Shown here one piece after another: positions 21,735-33,881 of a stretch of DNA of 64,000 bases. The stretch spans positions 320,001-384,000 of the forward strand of contig CAWJSJ010000001.1 of NCBI GenBank assembly GCA_963845565.1. The letters are read 5' to 3'. A program made the position numbers and the translations under genes. Under the pieces are notes generated by a model, which was not told the DNA's origin, did not search any database, and was given only the letters and a program-made list of their open reading frames with translations. Positions within the stretch are counted from its first letter, which is position 1. Each line of letters starts with the position of its first letter. This DNA is from an uncultured Methylomirabilota bacterium (GTDB taxonomy: Bacteria > Methylomirabilota > Methylomirabilia > Methylomirabilales > 2-02-FULL-66-22).

Positions 21735-24294
21735 ATGGTCCAGACAGCGGTGCCGTCCGGGACCCGACGACTTGATTTCGGTGTTCGAGGGATGAGCTGC
21801 GCCTCGTGCGTGGCGGCGGTAGAGAACGCGCTGACGGCGGTCCCCGGCGTCCGGACCGCGGCCGTGAATCTGGCGGCCGAGCGGGGAAGCGTCCAGTACG
21901 ACCCCGCCGCCGCGACGCCGGCGGCCCTCGTGCGCGCCGTGGCGGATGCCGGCTTCACACCCACCGTGGAGAAGATCACCATTCCCATCAGCGGGATCTC
22001 CTGTGCGTCCTGCGTGGCTACGATCGAGACGGCGCTCGCGGACGCTCCAGGCGTGATTTCGGCTGCGGTGAACTTCGCCACCAATGCGGCCACGATCGAG
22101 TTTGTGCCGGCCATGGCGACGACCGGGGACCTGCGCCGGGTCATCCGTGAAGCCGGGTACGAGCCGCTGGAGGTTGAGGAGGGCGGCGCCCAGGCGGACC
22201 ACGAGAAGGCGGCGCGGGCACGGGAAATCCGCATCCTGAAACGAAAGCTGGCCACGGGCATCGTCCTCACCGTTCCGGTGGTCCTCGGGAGCATGCACCA
22301 CTGGTTCCCATGGGCGCCGCCGGTGCTGCAGAATTTCTGGGTGCTGCTGGCGCTCACCACGCCGGTCCAGTTCTGGGTGGGGGCGCAGTTCTACCGAGGG
22401 GCGTGGGCGGCACTCAGGCACCGGACCTCGGACATGAACACGCTCATCGCCGTGGGGACGTCGGCGGCGTATGCGTACAGCCTGGCCATGACGGTTGCGC
22501 CGCGATTCTTCCAAACCCGCGGCATCACGCCGGCCGTTCACTACGAGACGGCGGCCGTGATCATCACGCTGATTCTGCTGGGGCGTCTCCTGGAGTCGGT
22601 CGCCAGGGGCCGGACCTCCGAGGCGATGAAACGGTTGATGGGCCTCCGGGCCAAGACGGCGCGGGTCGTCCGCGACGGGGCCGAGGCGGACATCCCCGTG
22701 GACGAGGTGCGGATCGGTGACCTGGTGATCGTGCGGCCCGGCGAGAAGATCCCGGTGGATGGCGTCGTGCGGGACGGGGCCTCCGCCGTGGACGAATCGA
22801 TGCTGACCGGGGAAAGCATTCCGATCGAGAAGCGGTCGGGCGATCCGGTAATCGGGGCCACCCTGAACAAGACCGGCATGTTCCGGTTCGAAGCCACCAA
22901 GATCGGGAAGGACACGGTTCTGGCCCGGATCATCCGGCTGGTGGAAGAGGCACAAGGGTCCAAAGCGCCGATCCAGCGGCTGGCCGATCGGGTGGCCAGC
23001 GTCTTTGTGCCGACGGTGATCGGGATCGCGGTGTTGACGTTCGTCGTCTGGTGGGTCGTCGGGCCGCCTCCGGCGTTCCTGTTTGCCATGCTGAACTTCG
23101 TGGCGGTTCTGATCATCGCCTGTCCGTGCGCGCTGGGGCTTGCCACGCCGACGGCGATCATGGTCGGGACGGGCAAAGGGGCCGAGCTGGGCATCCTGAT
23201 CCGGAGCGGCGAGAGCCTGGAAACGGCGCACAAGGTGCGGACCGTGGTCTTCGACAAGACCGGCACGCTGACGAAGGGTGAGCCGGAGGTGACGGATGTC
23301 GTCAGCAGGCAGCAGGCAGTAGGCAGTAGGCAGGCCGGGATAGCAGAGGACGAGCGGAGAGCCGAGAGCCGCGAGAGCCGAGAGCCTGAGAGCTGAGACG
23401 AGCGGGCCGCGAGCCGAGAGCCGGGACGAGCTCTTGCGACTCGCCGCGAGTCTTGAGCGCGGGTCGGAGCATCCGCTGGGGGAGGCAATCGTTACGCGCG
23501 CCAAGGGCGACGGCCTGACCCTCTCCGACGTCGAGGGGTTCGAGGCGGTCCCGGGCCAGGGCGTGCGCGGCAAGGTGGACGGCCGGGACGTCCTGCTCGG
23601 CAACGCTCGGTATCTGGCGGAATCCGGCATCGAGGTAGGCGAGTTGGCATCGGCGGCCGAGGCGCTGGCGGCGCAAGGAAAGACCCCGATGTTTGTCGCC
23701 GTGGACGGTCGCGCGGCCGGACTGATCGCGGTGGCCGACACGCTGAAGGATCAGTCCGCCCAGGCCGTGGAGGCGCTGCACCGCCTGGGGATCGAAGTGC
23801 TGATGATCACGGGAGACAACCGGCGAACCGCGGCCGCCATTGCGAAGCAGGCGGGAATCGATGCGGTGCTGGCCGAAGTGATGCCGGACCAGAAAGCGGC
23901 GGAGATCCGGAAGCTGCAAGCGGCGGGGAAGGTTGTGGCGATGGTGGGGGACGGCATCAACGACGCGCCGGCCCTGGCGCAGGCCGATGTCGGGATCGCC
24001 ATCGGGACGGGAACGGATGTCGCCATGGAGGCATCGGACATCACACTGATTCGCGGCGACCTGACCGGGGTGGTCACCGCGATCCAGCTCAGCCAGCGGA
24101 CGCTCCGCACGATCAAGCAGAACCTCTTCTGGGCGTTCGTGTACAACGTCCTGGGTATTCCCCTCGCCGCCGGCGTCCTGTACCCGTTCTTCGGGATCCT
24201 GCTTGACCCGATGGTGGGGTCGGCCGCCATGGCCCTCTCGTCGGTCTCGGTGGTGAGCAACTCCTTGCGCCTGCGCCGCTTCCAACCGGTGTGA
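21735..24294 (+). CDS. copA: Cu(I)-translocating P1B ATPase with a net +1 frameshift inside a heptamer-repeat insert
   Basis: Two CASC metal-binding domains, TGES, CPC, DKTGT, EHP, GDGIND, YN..MALSS; split at 23396/23434. Confidence 0.9.
23304..23422 (+). repeat. Heptamer tandem repeats (AGCAGGC/AGTAGGC and GAGAGCC) inside copA
   Basis: Visible tandem units between codons for VTDVV and DELLRLAAS. Confidence 0.85.
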
Positions 24295-24366
24295 CCCGCC
24301 CCGAGTTGCCCTGCGCGTCCGAGGATGAGTCAGGAGTGGTTCCGAAATAAAACGTCGGGCGCGCGG

Positions 24367-25148
24367 TCATTTGTCAGGTGTTGGGTAGCCGATCGCGTAC
24401 GTGATTGGGATCTTCGTTCGCCAGTTCCGTACCTGCCCGATTTCCCACGCGTACCCTGCCCCACGGAGCGGGTCGACAAGTTCCGAGAGTTCGGCCGGCG
24501 AGTACGTCCGCAGGCACGAAACAATTCCATCGAAGAGCACTCCCAGGGGAAGGACGGGAATCAGATATGTCAGCACGAAGGTCTGCCAGCGTATCGGCCT
24601 GAGAAAGGGGACCCCGAGCAGCACCGCGAAGGGTGTGAGCGCCAGGACGGCGACCGCCCAGACGCTCCGCTCGGTAAACTCGAAGATACCGATCCCCACA
24701 CGATTGTCCACCGCATCGGCGAGAATGGCGCGCGCTGCCGCAGGGCGAAAGTGGTGGAAGGACGTGAACATCGTTCGGAATCCGCGGAGGTCACGAGGCA
24801 CGGCCGTGGCGTCCACACTGCGAGACTCGCTGCGGATGCGGCCGTCGGATACCTCCGCGACTCGATGGGCGCCCAAGGCGTTCGGGTGCTTGTCGGTCAA
24901 GAGTACGCGGGCCGGTGTCTGTCGCCGAGCTTGGGGAGCAGTCTCAGCCACGGTCCGCCGCCGCCCGAGCAGAGATCAACGATTTCGTGTTCCCTGGCCT
25001 TCTCGAGCGCCTCCGTGAGGCGATGCGCGATCGGCGCGTAGTAGTTACCGATTCGGAGGAAGAACTCCAGGATGTCGGTCTCTGCGTCGCGGAATGCCTT
25101 CGGGCACCAGCTTTGGTCTCCGAACTCGAAGAGATGAAGGCGATGCAT
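24367..25148 (-). CDS. SAM-methyltransferase-fold protein, frameshift near 24930
   Basis: RLHLFEF..IVDLCSGGGGP continues in a second frame as LLTDKHPN..SFHHF..FDGIVSCLRTY. Confidence 0.75.
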
Positions 25149-25429
25149 CGTCAACCCCCGACCAGGTATCGCGTCCGGCTAACGAATTGGATGTGATCCG
25201 CATGACCTGCGGGGTTTTGATTTTCTACCCGGCGCTCTATCCTGTAGTTTATCACAATATCTTCATAACATGCGCATCGGCGTGCAAGCGAGTAGCCGCG
25301 TAGAACCCGCGGTGTACGATATCCGCGACTTTCCGCATTGAGTAGACGACAGCGAGATGCGACAGGGGCAGCGATACGGCGACCGAGCCGGGGCTCGATT
25401 CGCTGTCGCTGTCGGAAATCCCTGTCGCC

Positions 25430-25925
25430 CTATTTGGGAAACACGATGTCCTGCTCCCGCACGGGTTTGGGTGGTGCGGGAGGCGGCGGAAGCGGGCGTG
25501 GGGCGGGCGTCGGGGGCTGGCTCACGGCAGCCGGGGTGGCCACCGGGGGTTTCGAGGCGACGACCACGCGCACTTGAATTGTCCGCCCGTCGCGCTGGAG
25601 GACGGCAGGCACCTGCGTTCCTGGCGCCGTCTCGGTGGCGAGGCGTGTGAGTGCGGCGGGGTCCGCATTCCCGAGTTTCGACCGGCCAAAGCTGAGCAGG
25701 AGGTCCCCGGGTCGGACCCCGGCGCGCTGGCCCGGTCCGTCGGTGTCCACGCCGACCACCAGCAGGCCCGCCGAACCCATCCGTCGAACCCGGCCGCGCC
25801 TGACACTCGATGCCGACCCATCCCGGCCCCGCGGCAGCCGGTGCCGCGGTCCGCTTGTTCCGAGAGCACGCGGTGGTGAGCAACATCCCACAGAGCATCA
25901 CGATCATCAACCGCCTGCCGGTCAT
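25430..25925 (-). CDS. PDZ-domain lipoprotein, frameshift near 25770
   Basis: LLTTAC lipobox, GWVGI; second frame GLLVVGV..GPGQRAGVRPGDLL; Pro-rich tail. Confidence 0.6.
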
Positions 25926-25998
25926 TCCGCTCGCCCCCTTCTGTCTCTTGACGTCGTTCGCCTCTTCATTCGGTCGCTTCGGAACAACAATATCCTGA

Positions 25999-28900
25999 TC
26001 AGCGGAGCCGATAGATAATCTCCGACCACAGCGGCGCTTCCCCGTTCGGGACCCAGAACGTATAGGAACCGTCGGCTTGCCGGCTCGCTCTCCATTCGAT
26101 CTCACCTGCAGGGAATGAACGGCGATCATTCTTATACGTGAGATCCGCCTTCCGCGTTCCTTTCCCGGTGCAGGAGGAACCGTCACGGTCGCACTGCCCG
26201 GGATAGAGGACGAAGGTAAACTTGCGAATATCCGGCGGGGCCGTGGCGGGTATGCGGAACTGGCCTTCAAAGGTCAGATTTGCGCTGACGCGGCCGATAC
26301 CGCCGGGGTTGATCTCCAGGGTCACCGTTCCGGACTGAAACTGGACAGACTTACCCTCGGCCCGGCGCCCGTCCACTCGCTTGCGGACTTCCGCCTGGTC
26401 AAGTCCGCCGGATACCGTCCGGCGAACCGGCGCGGCCGTAGCTCTTGGCTGCGAGGGCGCGGATGGTTGCGGAGCATCCGGTTGGCGGAGGAGCGGTTCC
26501 AGCAGGGACGGCAATAGGATCCATGGATTCACCGGAGGTGGGGTGGGGTCCTGGGTCGTTACGGACACCGCGACGCAGGCCGTCTGCGCCGCGTTCCAGT
26601 TCTTGGGCGGGCTACACGTGCACCCGGCCTTTTGCCGTGCCTCATCCCATCCGGCCTGGCTCCCCGGATACCGGGAGCAATCCACCATCGCGAGTTGCCG
26701 GTCTCGGTCGGAAACGCAGGCCGTTTGGCTTCCGTTCCAGACCAAGGGGTCAGGGCATGTACACCCCGCCCGTTGCTGGCTGTCGCTCCACACGGTCACG
26801 CTGCCCGGCTTCAACCTCGGGCAGTCTAAGGCCGCCAAGGCTGTGGCGTGGTCCACATTGCACGCGGTCTTGTTCGCGTTCCACCCCGGCGGGTCCGGGC
26901 ACGCGCAGCCCGGCCGCTGCTCCTTTTCGCTCCACACGGCGACGCTCCCCGGCAGGCCGGAGCAGTCCATAGCCGCCAGGGCTCTGTCCCGATCCGCAGG
27001 ACAGTCAAGCCCCGAATCGCCTGCGATGTTCCCCGGTAAGCACGGTCCGTTTCCCGCACCTCCCGACGCGTTGGCGGTCGCAGAGGTCTTTGCGAGGTCT
27101 TCGGCAAGGGCTTGGCAAAATGCGGCGCCCTCCAGGGCCTTCCGGGCCCTCTGATCATATTCGCTGAAGAAGGAAAGGGCATTGGCGGCTTGCTGCCCTG
27201 CGGCCGCGGCCGCCTGCTTGAGGACGTTAGGATAAATTGGAGGCGAAAGAGCATTCCCATCGCGCGCTGCGCGCTTACCCTGGACCTTCTCGATCTCGGC
27301 ATCCGCAATAGCCCAGCAGTCGGTTGGTCCTCCGAGAAGAGCGGCAACCCTTTTCTGCTGCGCGTAAATGTCCTCAAGGATCTTTCGGAATTGTGGGTCT
27401 TCAGCCAGGGGCCTGGAGACCCCTTCGGCTTTTTGAACCACGGGAGATACCTGCGTGTGGAGATCTGCGATGCTTGCAGACGTTCCCCGGGAGGTGGCGA
27501 GTAGGTTGCGAGCTTGGGCGACTTCGCCATCCGCTGCACCGATGGCATTCGATGATCCGGAACCGTCCCGGAGGAGAGCCGCTAACGCGTCAGCCTCGGC
27601 CGCCGCGGTCTTTGCCACTGTGTCGGTTCGTGCGGCTGCCAGTGACGCTGTCTGGATGAAGCCCTGGCACGACGCGTAGTGATCTTTTGCTTCGCTAACA
27701 TTCTTCACTACGTTACCGAACACAGTCTGCCTGTCGCCGACGGTCTTTTTTCTGGCCAAATCCTGCAGTGACTTGCAGGCTTCGGCGGCTGCACCTTCGG
27801 CCGAGATCATGGCTTGTCCGGCCTGCGCGGCGGCGGCGGCGCACTCCTGGGCTCCGTCTTGGGCGGCCTGGACTCGCGATGGGAGAAGCGCAGCCCGCCG
27901 CTGGAGGTCCGCCGGGTCGGGTACCCGATCCAAAGAAGATCCCGCAGCGCGGGCCGCAGCCACTGCCGCCTCACAATCGCGGCGGGCTGCCTCCTGAAAC
28001 CCCGTGGCACGCTCGGCCAGGTCCCAGATCTGCCCGCTGAGGTTCTGCACTTCTCGCAGGATCTGCTCGCGCTGTTCCCTGGACGGCCCTTTGCACCGGC
28101 GGAAGAAATCCTCCCGGTCCTCCTGTGACAGCTTGTAGATCATGATGATTCCTGTGGGACCCTTAGCCATCTGTAGCTTCCCAAGGCAATCGTCGATCGC
28201 TTTGTATTCGTCCAGCAGAATTGGAGGTGTTCCTGAAACACCTGTTCATTCCCACTGATTTCGAAATACCGCACGCCCTGCTGTACGAGGAGGGCGACGT
28301 CGTTTATGGCGTTGACATAGTAGGGGTACACATCTTTCAAATAAACCTCCCGCCCGCCCGAGCGGATCGCCCTCGCCGTTAGTTGATCGATCTCGTTCCG
28401 GAGTCTCGGGTTGTTTGCAACCGCCGGGTTTCTGATCTTCTGTTCATAATCGGCAATCGAAAGATCATAGGCGATCTGCATGGCCTTGAGACCCGCGTTT
28501 CTTCGGACCCAGAATTTTGCCTCTTCTTTTGCTTGGGTCAAGGCGAATTTCCCTGTGAGAGTTCTTCCGGCGGCCGCTTCGACGCGGGACCCAAGCCGCA
28601 TTGACAAACGCTTTGAACTTTGTCGGGCGCAGGTCACTCGGCGCTTGCTCTGATTCCCCTTTTAGGATGAAATGCGCCCACCAATACTCGGCGACCTCCG
28701 GATACACGCCGTTCCGGCTTGTTTCGTCGACGAAAGCTTTCCTAAAGCCCGCCGTCATAGCGTTGAGGATGCTCTTTCGCGTTACGTCCGCCAGGCATGC
28801 TACCGTCATGTTCTGCTCGGGAACAGAGACGGGCCTCACCTCGGGCTTGTCTCCGGAAAATCCTCGCATCCAGGGCTGACGTTCTTCATCCCTGCAACCA

Positions 28901-29683
28901 GCGTCTTGACCGCACAGTCGAATCAGGTCGTCCACGAACTTTTCTGCGTGATTTAGGAACAATGTACTTGACGTGATCCCACGCGTCATTCAGGAGCACG
29001 TCGTAATTGAGCCCCCAAACGCCTGTGTATGTGTACGCCTGAATCCCGTTACGCTCGAACCGGTCGTAGTACAAACGTGCCTCACGGTGCTCAACCTCGG
29101 CGCGTAACCATTCGAGGTGCGAGGACCACACGAAATTCCTGGCTACCGCGTTCTGGGGTTCCGCGAGTGTTTCCTTTGGGTTGTTGTCTTCATGATACTT
29201 TTTCCGACTCTCAGCGGCAGTGAGGCGATCCTTCGTTTCTTCGAAGAGTCGGTATGCTTCAGGGCTGAAGTGCGGCGATTTCCTGAACCAGGCTCGGGCC
29301 TTTTCGCGCTCGGCTTCGGACCAAGAGCCCCAGATCTTCTCCCGTTCCTGACGGATTGGCTCAAGGTCAGCATCTAGCTGCCTGATACGGCTTTTCAATT
29401 GCTCGCGTTGCGCGAGGTACACGGGCTCCTCTTCAGCCATCGGCTTGGTGCCCCAACCGCCGGAATATGCTGTGGATGGCGGGCTTCCCGACGGCGAGGA
29501 AGGTCCGGCACCGAAAGCGCCGACTCCACTGACAGCGAGAAACACGAGGGTGATGATAGCGCCGAGCATGGTGCGTACCCTACGATCGCGGACGACGAAC
29601 GCCAGAGGCAGGGCGCGCAGGAACGCGGGCCGTCGGTTGTATGCGTTGACCTGTCGGATTCTCGGATCTCCCTCAACTCGCAT
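25999..29683 (-). CDS. Large exported protein with coiled coils and Cys-rich repeats, apparently split by ~3 frameshifts (or several genes)
   Basis: Overlapping ORFs 28886-29683, 28465-28989, 28140-28637, 25999-28170; signal-like LGAIITLVFLAVSGVGAFG; lower GC. Confidence 0.5.
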
Positions 29684-30213
29684 GGCTTTGGTGGTGGGCC
29701 GGACATGGTGCCGGCGCGTTTGCATGTACGAAGAGAGGTGGTCACCGGTAGGGACTGCGGTGCAGCGGCTTCTGACCGAGAACAGTTGCGAGGGTGGCTG
29801 CTGGAACAATCTTCGGCAGTCAGATCCGGGACGACGAGAAACGTTCTGACGTAAGGAGCTTTGGCGAGTGTTCACATTGAGCGGATCGCAGGAGAAGCGG
29901 CGCCTCGAAAGGAGTGGGGTGGAAGGCAGTTTCGTTTGGATGAGAAGAAAGGACAACCTGCGCGTGGGGACGAAGTTGCGCCCCTGGTTTCTGCCGACGC
30001 GACGCATGCCGACCCCTCCAGTGTGAGAGGTGTGGAGCCGGGGTCGCACCGGGGAAGGTGGAGATCGGGCTTTTCCGTCCCGGGTGCATGTATGGAAACC
30101 GAGGCGTCTGGGATGCCTCGGAGCGAAACAGGAGCATGCACCTATGGCGTCGCCGAACTGTTCGCCGACCTTTTATCCCTGACGGATGGGGAATGTCAAG
30201 AGGATGTGTGTTG

Positions 30214-30310
30214 GAGAGCCGAGGGGCGGGAATTGAGAGCCGAGAGCCGAGAGCGAGCGAGAGGCGAGGCGAGAGGCGAGCGGCGCAGAGGGCAGAGCGG
30301 CAGAAGGCAG
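30214..30310. repeat. Intergenic GAGAGCC/GAGAGGC-type heptamer repeats
   Basis: gagagccgagagccgagagcgagcgagaggcgaggcgagagg... Confidence 0.75.
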
Positions 30311-30361
30311 GGGAGCGGCGCGAGGGACGGATGCGATACTGGGTATGTCGGCAGGCGGGGG

Positions 30362-31561
30362 TTACGTCAGTTCGAACAGGGTGACCTCGGGTGGGGCGTT
30401 GAGGCGGACGGGGGTGAAGGTGGTGCCGATGCCGCGACTGACGTAGAGGTGGCTGGCATTGATCCGATACAGACCCTCCGGGTAGGGAGTCCGGATGTGG
30501 GCCATGCTGAAATCGCCGCCGGGCAGGCTCAGCTTGACCTGACCTCCGTGATAGTGGCCGGAAAGGGTCAGCGGGATTCCACGGGCGGCGGCATCGGGAA
30601 AGATCTCGGGGCGATGAGACAGGAGGAGCGTCGGGATGGCGGGGTCCAACCCGCGAAGCGCAGCCTCCAGGTCGGGGCGCCCCCACTGGATGTCATCGAT
30701 CCCGGCGATGGCGAAGGGGCCCCCCACCGTCTGGATCACCGTGTGCGCATTGGTCAACACCGGGATGCCGCGCCGCTGGAAGGTCGCCTCGACCTCGCGT
30801 GCGTTTCCCCACAGGTGCTCGTGATTCCCCAGCGTGGCGAAGGTGCCGTACCGGGCGCGGACCCGGGCCATCTCTTCAACGCAGCCGGGAAGAAACGCCA
30901 TGGAGTTCGAGATGAAATCTCCGGTGAGGACAAACAGTTCCGGCTCCAGCATCATGACCTGGTTGACGTACCTCCGCATGTCGTCACGGGTCATGTAGAT
31001 GCCGGCATGGATGTCGGTGAGCTGGACAACACGTAACTGTCGGCCGAAGGGCAGGGCAAACTTCTCGACGCTGTACGCCTTGCTCGCGTACGCAGCGCCG
31101 TACCCGGAGAAGAGCACCGGGGCCGCCGCGATACCGCCCACCCCGGCCTGCAGGAGTCGGCGGCGGCCAAGGTCCACCGGGGTCGGGGCCCCCCGGTTGG
31201 CCTGCCGACGCGTCAGCCAAACGACCACGCGTCCCAGTCCGCCGCCGATTCGCATCACCAGGAGGAACAAGGCGGAGAACAGCGAGCCGAAGTTCCAGAT
31301 GGCCACGGGATAGAAGAGGCCGACCTGCGCGGCGATCGGCGGGTCCACCCAGGGGAGTTGAATGAACAAGAGGTACGCGTTCAGGGCGAAGAGCAAGATG
31401 ATGGCCGCGCCGACCAGGCGGATGGCGTGCGTCTTGAACCGCTCGGATCGGTTCGACGACAAGATCGCCCGCCGGATGCGGATGAAGAGATATACCTGTG
31501 CGAGGAGCGCAAGGCCGACGATGATCAGGCGGAGCCTGGGAAACCGAAAACCAAACAGCAC
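30362..31561 (-). CDS. Membrane-anchored metallophosphoesterase
   Basis: TDIH, GDF, GNHE, SHRP, SGHYH; N-terminal TMs; GTG start after GAGGT. Confidence 0.9.
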   Translation of the reverse strand: MLFGFRFPRLRLIIVGLALLAQVYLFIRIRRAILSSNRSERFKTHAIRLVGAAIILLFALNAYLLFIQLPWVDPPIAAQVGLFYPVAIWNFGSLFSALFLLVMRIGGGLGRVVVWLTRRQANRGAPTPVDLGRRRLLQAGVGGIAAAPVLFSGYGAAYASKAYSVEKFALPFGRQLRVVQLTDIHAGIYMTRDDMRRYVNQVMMLEPELFVLTGDFISNSMAFLPGCVEEMARVRARYGTFATLGNHEHLWGNAREVEATFQRRGIPVLTNAHTVIQTVGGPFAIAGIDDIQWGRPDLEAALRGLDPAIPTLLLSHRPEIFPDAAARGIPLTLSGHYHGGQVKLSLPGGDFSMAHIRTPYPEGLYRINASHLYVSRGIGTTFTPVRLNAPPEVTLFELT

Positions 31562-31828
31562 AGCATACCTCTCGTTGCGGAGGGGCGTACGACTGAAGGA
31601 TGGTAACGAACTAAAGAGCGACGGGCAAGCGCGTTCGTCGGCGCGGGTGAAGCTCGAGACTCTTGGCGGGTCGCACATGGTTGGTTCGCGGATTTTACCG
31701 GGGGGCGGGGTTATGATAGGCTTCCGCACGGAACGCGGGACCGACTCTTCCTGTGATTGTTCGGCCGGTGCGTGCCGGCCCTTTTATCGTCGTCTGTCAG
31801 TGCCTGTGCACATCGAAGGAGAAGACCG

Positions 31829-32914
31829 ATGAGTGAGACACTCTTCAGCATCTTTGCGGCCGCCGGCACGTACGTGCAGGGCCCGGGGGCTCTGGGCGCC
31901 ATCGGGCCGCATCTCGTGCGACTCGGGAAGCGGGCGGTCGGCGTGGTGGATCCCGTGGTTCGAGCACAGGTCGAGCCTGCACTCTCGAGCGTGTGTGCCA
32001 CCGAAGGCATCGCCTGGCGGCTGGAGCCGTTCCCGGGGGAATGCACCGAGGCCGCGGTCGAGGCGCTGGTCGCCGCCACCCGGGCTTGGGCCCCGGAGAT
32101 GGTGGTCGCGGCGGGCGGCGGCAAGGCGCTCGACACGGGAAAGTTGCTCGCCGAGGCGCTTGGAGTCCCGTCGGTGATGGTGCCGACCATCGTGGCCACC
32201 GACGCCCCCACCAGCCGCGTGGCGGTCCTGTACACCGAGGAGCACGCGCAACTCCGCGTGGTACGGCTGCGGGCCAGTCCGGCTTTGGTCGTGGTGGACA
32301 CGGTCATCATCGTGCGTGCGCCGGTGCGCTTCCTGGTGGCGGGCATGGGGGATGCCATCGCGACCTGGCCCGAGGCGCGGACCTGTGGCGCCAAGCCGGG
32401 GCGCACGCCGGCCGGCGGCCGCCCGTCGCGCGCGGCGCTGGCGCTGGCGGAATTGTGCTACCAGACGGTCCTGACGCACGGTCGGCAGGCGCGCGCGGAC
32501 GCCGCCGCAGGCCGCGTGACCGAGGCTGTGGAAGCGGTGGTGGAGGCGAACACACTCTTGAGCGGTCTCGGGTTCGAGAGCGGTGGGTTGGCGGCGGCAC
32601 ACAGCCTGTACGCGGGCTTGAGCCTCCTGCCGGCGGGTGCCGGCTTCCTCCACGGGGAGAAGGTGGCGTTCGGCGTGATCGTGCAGACGGTTCTCGAAGC
32701 GTGGCCCGCCGACGAGCGGAAGACGCTGCTGGACTTCTACCGGGATGTCGGGCTCCCCGCGACGCTCCGTGAGATCGGCCTCGGCGAGGCGACGGCCGGC
32801 GACCTGCGGCGCGCCGCGGAGGTGGCGTGTCGGCCCGGATCCCACATGCACAACCTGGGACGCCCGATCGCTGTCGAGGAGTTGATCGGCGTACTGGAGA
32901 GCCTGCGCGGGTGA
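31829..32914 (+). CDS. gldA: Glycerol dehydrogenase
   Basis: YVQGPG, GGGKALD, PTIVATDAPTS, GFESGGLAAAH, HGEKVAFG. Confidence 0.9.
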   Translation: MSETLFSIFAAAGTYVQGPGALGAIGPHLVRLGKRAVGVVDPVVRAQVEPALSSVCATEGIAWRLEPFPGECTEAAVEALVAATRAWAPEMVVAAGGGKALDTGKLLAEALGVPSVMVPTIVATDAPTSRVAVLYTEEHAQLRVVRLRASPALVVVDTVIIVRAPVRFLVAGMGDAIATWPEARTCGAKPGRTPAGGRPSRAALALAELCYQTVLTHGRQARADAAAGRVTEAVEAVVEANTLLSGLGFESGGLAAAHSLYAGLSLLPAGAGFLHGEKVAFGVIVQTVLEAWPADERKTLLDFYRDVGLPATLREIGLGEATAGDLRRAAEVACRPGSHMHNLGRPIAVEELIGVLESLRG

Positions 32915-32989
32915 TTCCGGCCGAAGACCGCGGGTGATGGCGACGAACGCCGGGCCACGGCGACCCGGTCGTTGCCCGGCAGATCAGGA

Positions 32990-33493
32990 TCAGTCGCCGT
33001 CGGCAACCAAGACCGGGGCGAACTGGTCGCCGGTCCGACAGAGCGCGTATCGCTCGTCCCGGCCCGGGTCGCTGATCAGGACCTGGCCGCCCTCAGGCCA
33101 GATGAGGAGCATTTGCCGGCCGTTCCGCACCTCGCCCGCAGCCAGGACGGTGACGCTCTTCTCGGGTGTCACGGCTACCCCTTCGGGGAACGCGCTGGCC
33201 GCGGCGAGGAGCACCAGGGCCCGGTCGTCATTCCCTTCATTCGTCGCCGGCTCCACGCCAAGGACGATCCGGCCGCTCTTGGGATCCCGATACGCATTTG
33301 CTCGGCCGATCAGGGACGTTTCGGGAGGGCACGACGCCGTTAAGCGGGCCGTGAGCGGGATCTCGACGCCCTGACCTGCCGCGGCGTCCCCGACGGACAC
33401 GTGCGGCTGCGGGCCGGACACGGCCCGGATGCCGTCCGCGATCTGAAGCGGCGGACGCTGGGCCGGGGTGAATCTGACCTCGTACGCTTGCAT
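32990..33493 (-). CDS. Hypothetical protein
   Basis: MQAYEVRFTP...; globular composition, fills the gap between convergent genes. Confidence 0.6.
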   Translation of the reverse strand: MQAYEVRFTPAQRPPLQIADGIRAVSGPQPHVSVGDAAAGQGVEIPLTARLTASCPPETSLIGRANAYRDPKSGRIVLGVEPATNEGNDDRALVLLAAASAFPEGVAVTPEKSVTVLAAGEVRNGRQMLLIWPEGGQVLISDPGRDERYALCRTGDQFAPVLVADGD

Positions 33494-33881
33494 GGAGAGT
33501 CTCCGTTTCTCGCAGCCTTCCGGGTCTCGGCGCGACCTCGGGGAGAATCGGCGGCGTGTTGGCGTCGCGATGGCGGCCGCGCCGTTGGCGGGCGTTTTCG
33601 GGGGACGCGGGTGCGCAGCACAGTCCGCGGAATCCGAGGTGGTCCCGAGAGGATGGCGCGGAACGACGGGCCGCAGTCTGACGGATATCATAGGATTTGG
33701 CAACATCCAAAAATGCAGCGCATGTAGGACGGCGCAGCGTCGGACGGCCCCCCGATCCCGTTCCGGAGGGAAAACCGGCTCAAGTCGTTCGGCGATCATG
33801 CCGATACACGACACGAAGGGTATCGGAGCGGGGTGTTCCAGGGCGGGAGACCCGAAAAGTTCAGTCCGACACGGAGGCCTT

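Noticed and set aside
23394..23396. Sec read-through of the TGA in copA
   Set aside because: Lies in the repeat tract, the continuation is in another frame, and no Cys is expected here
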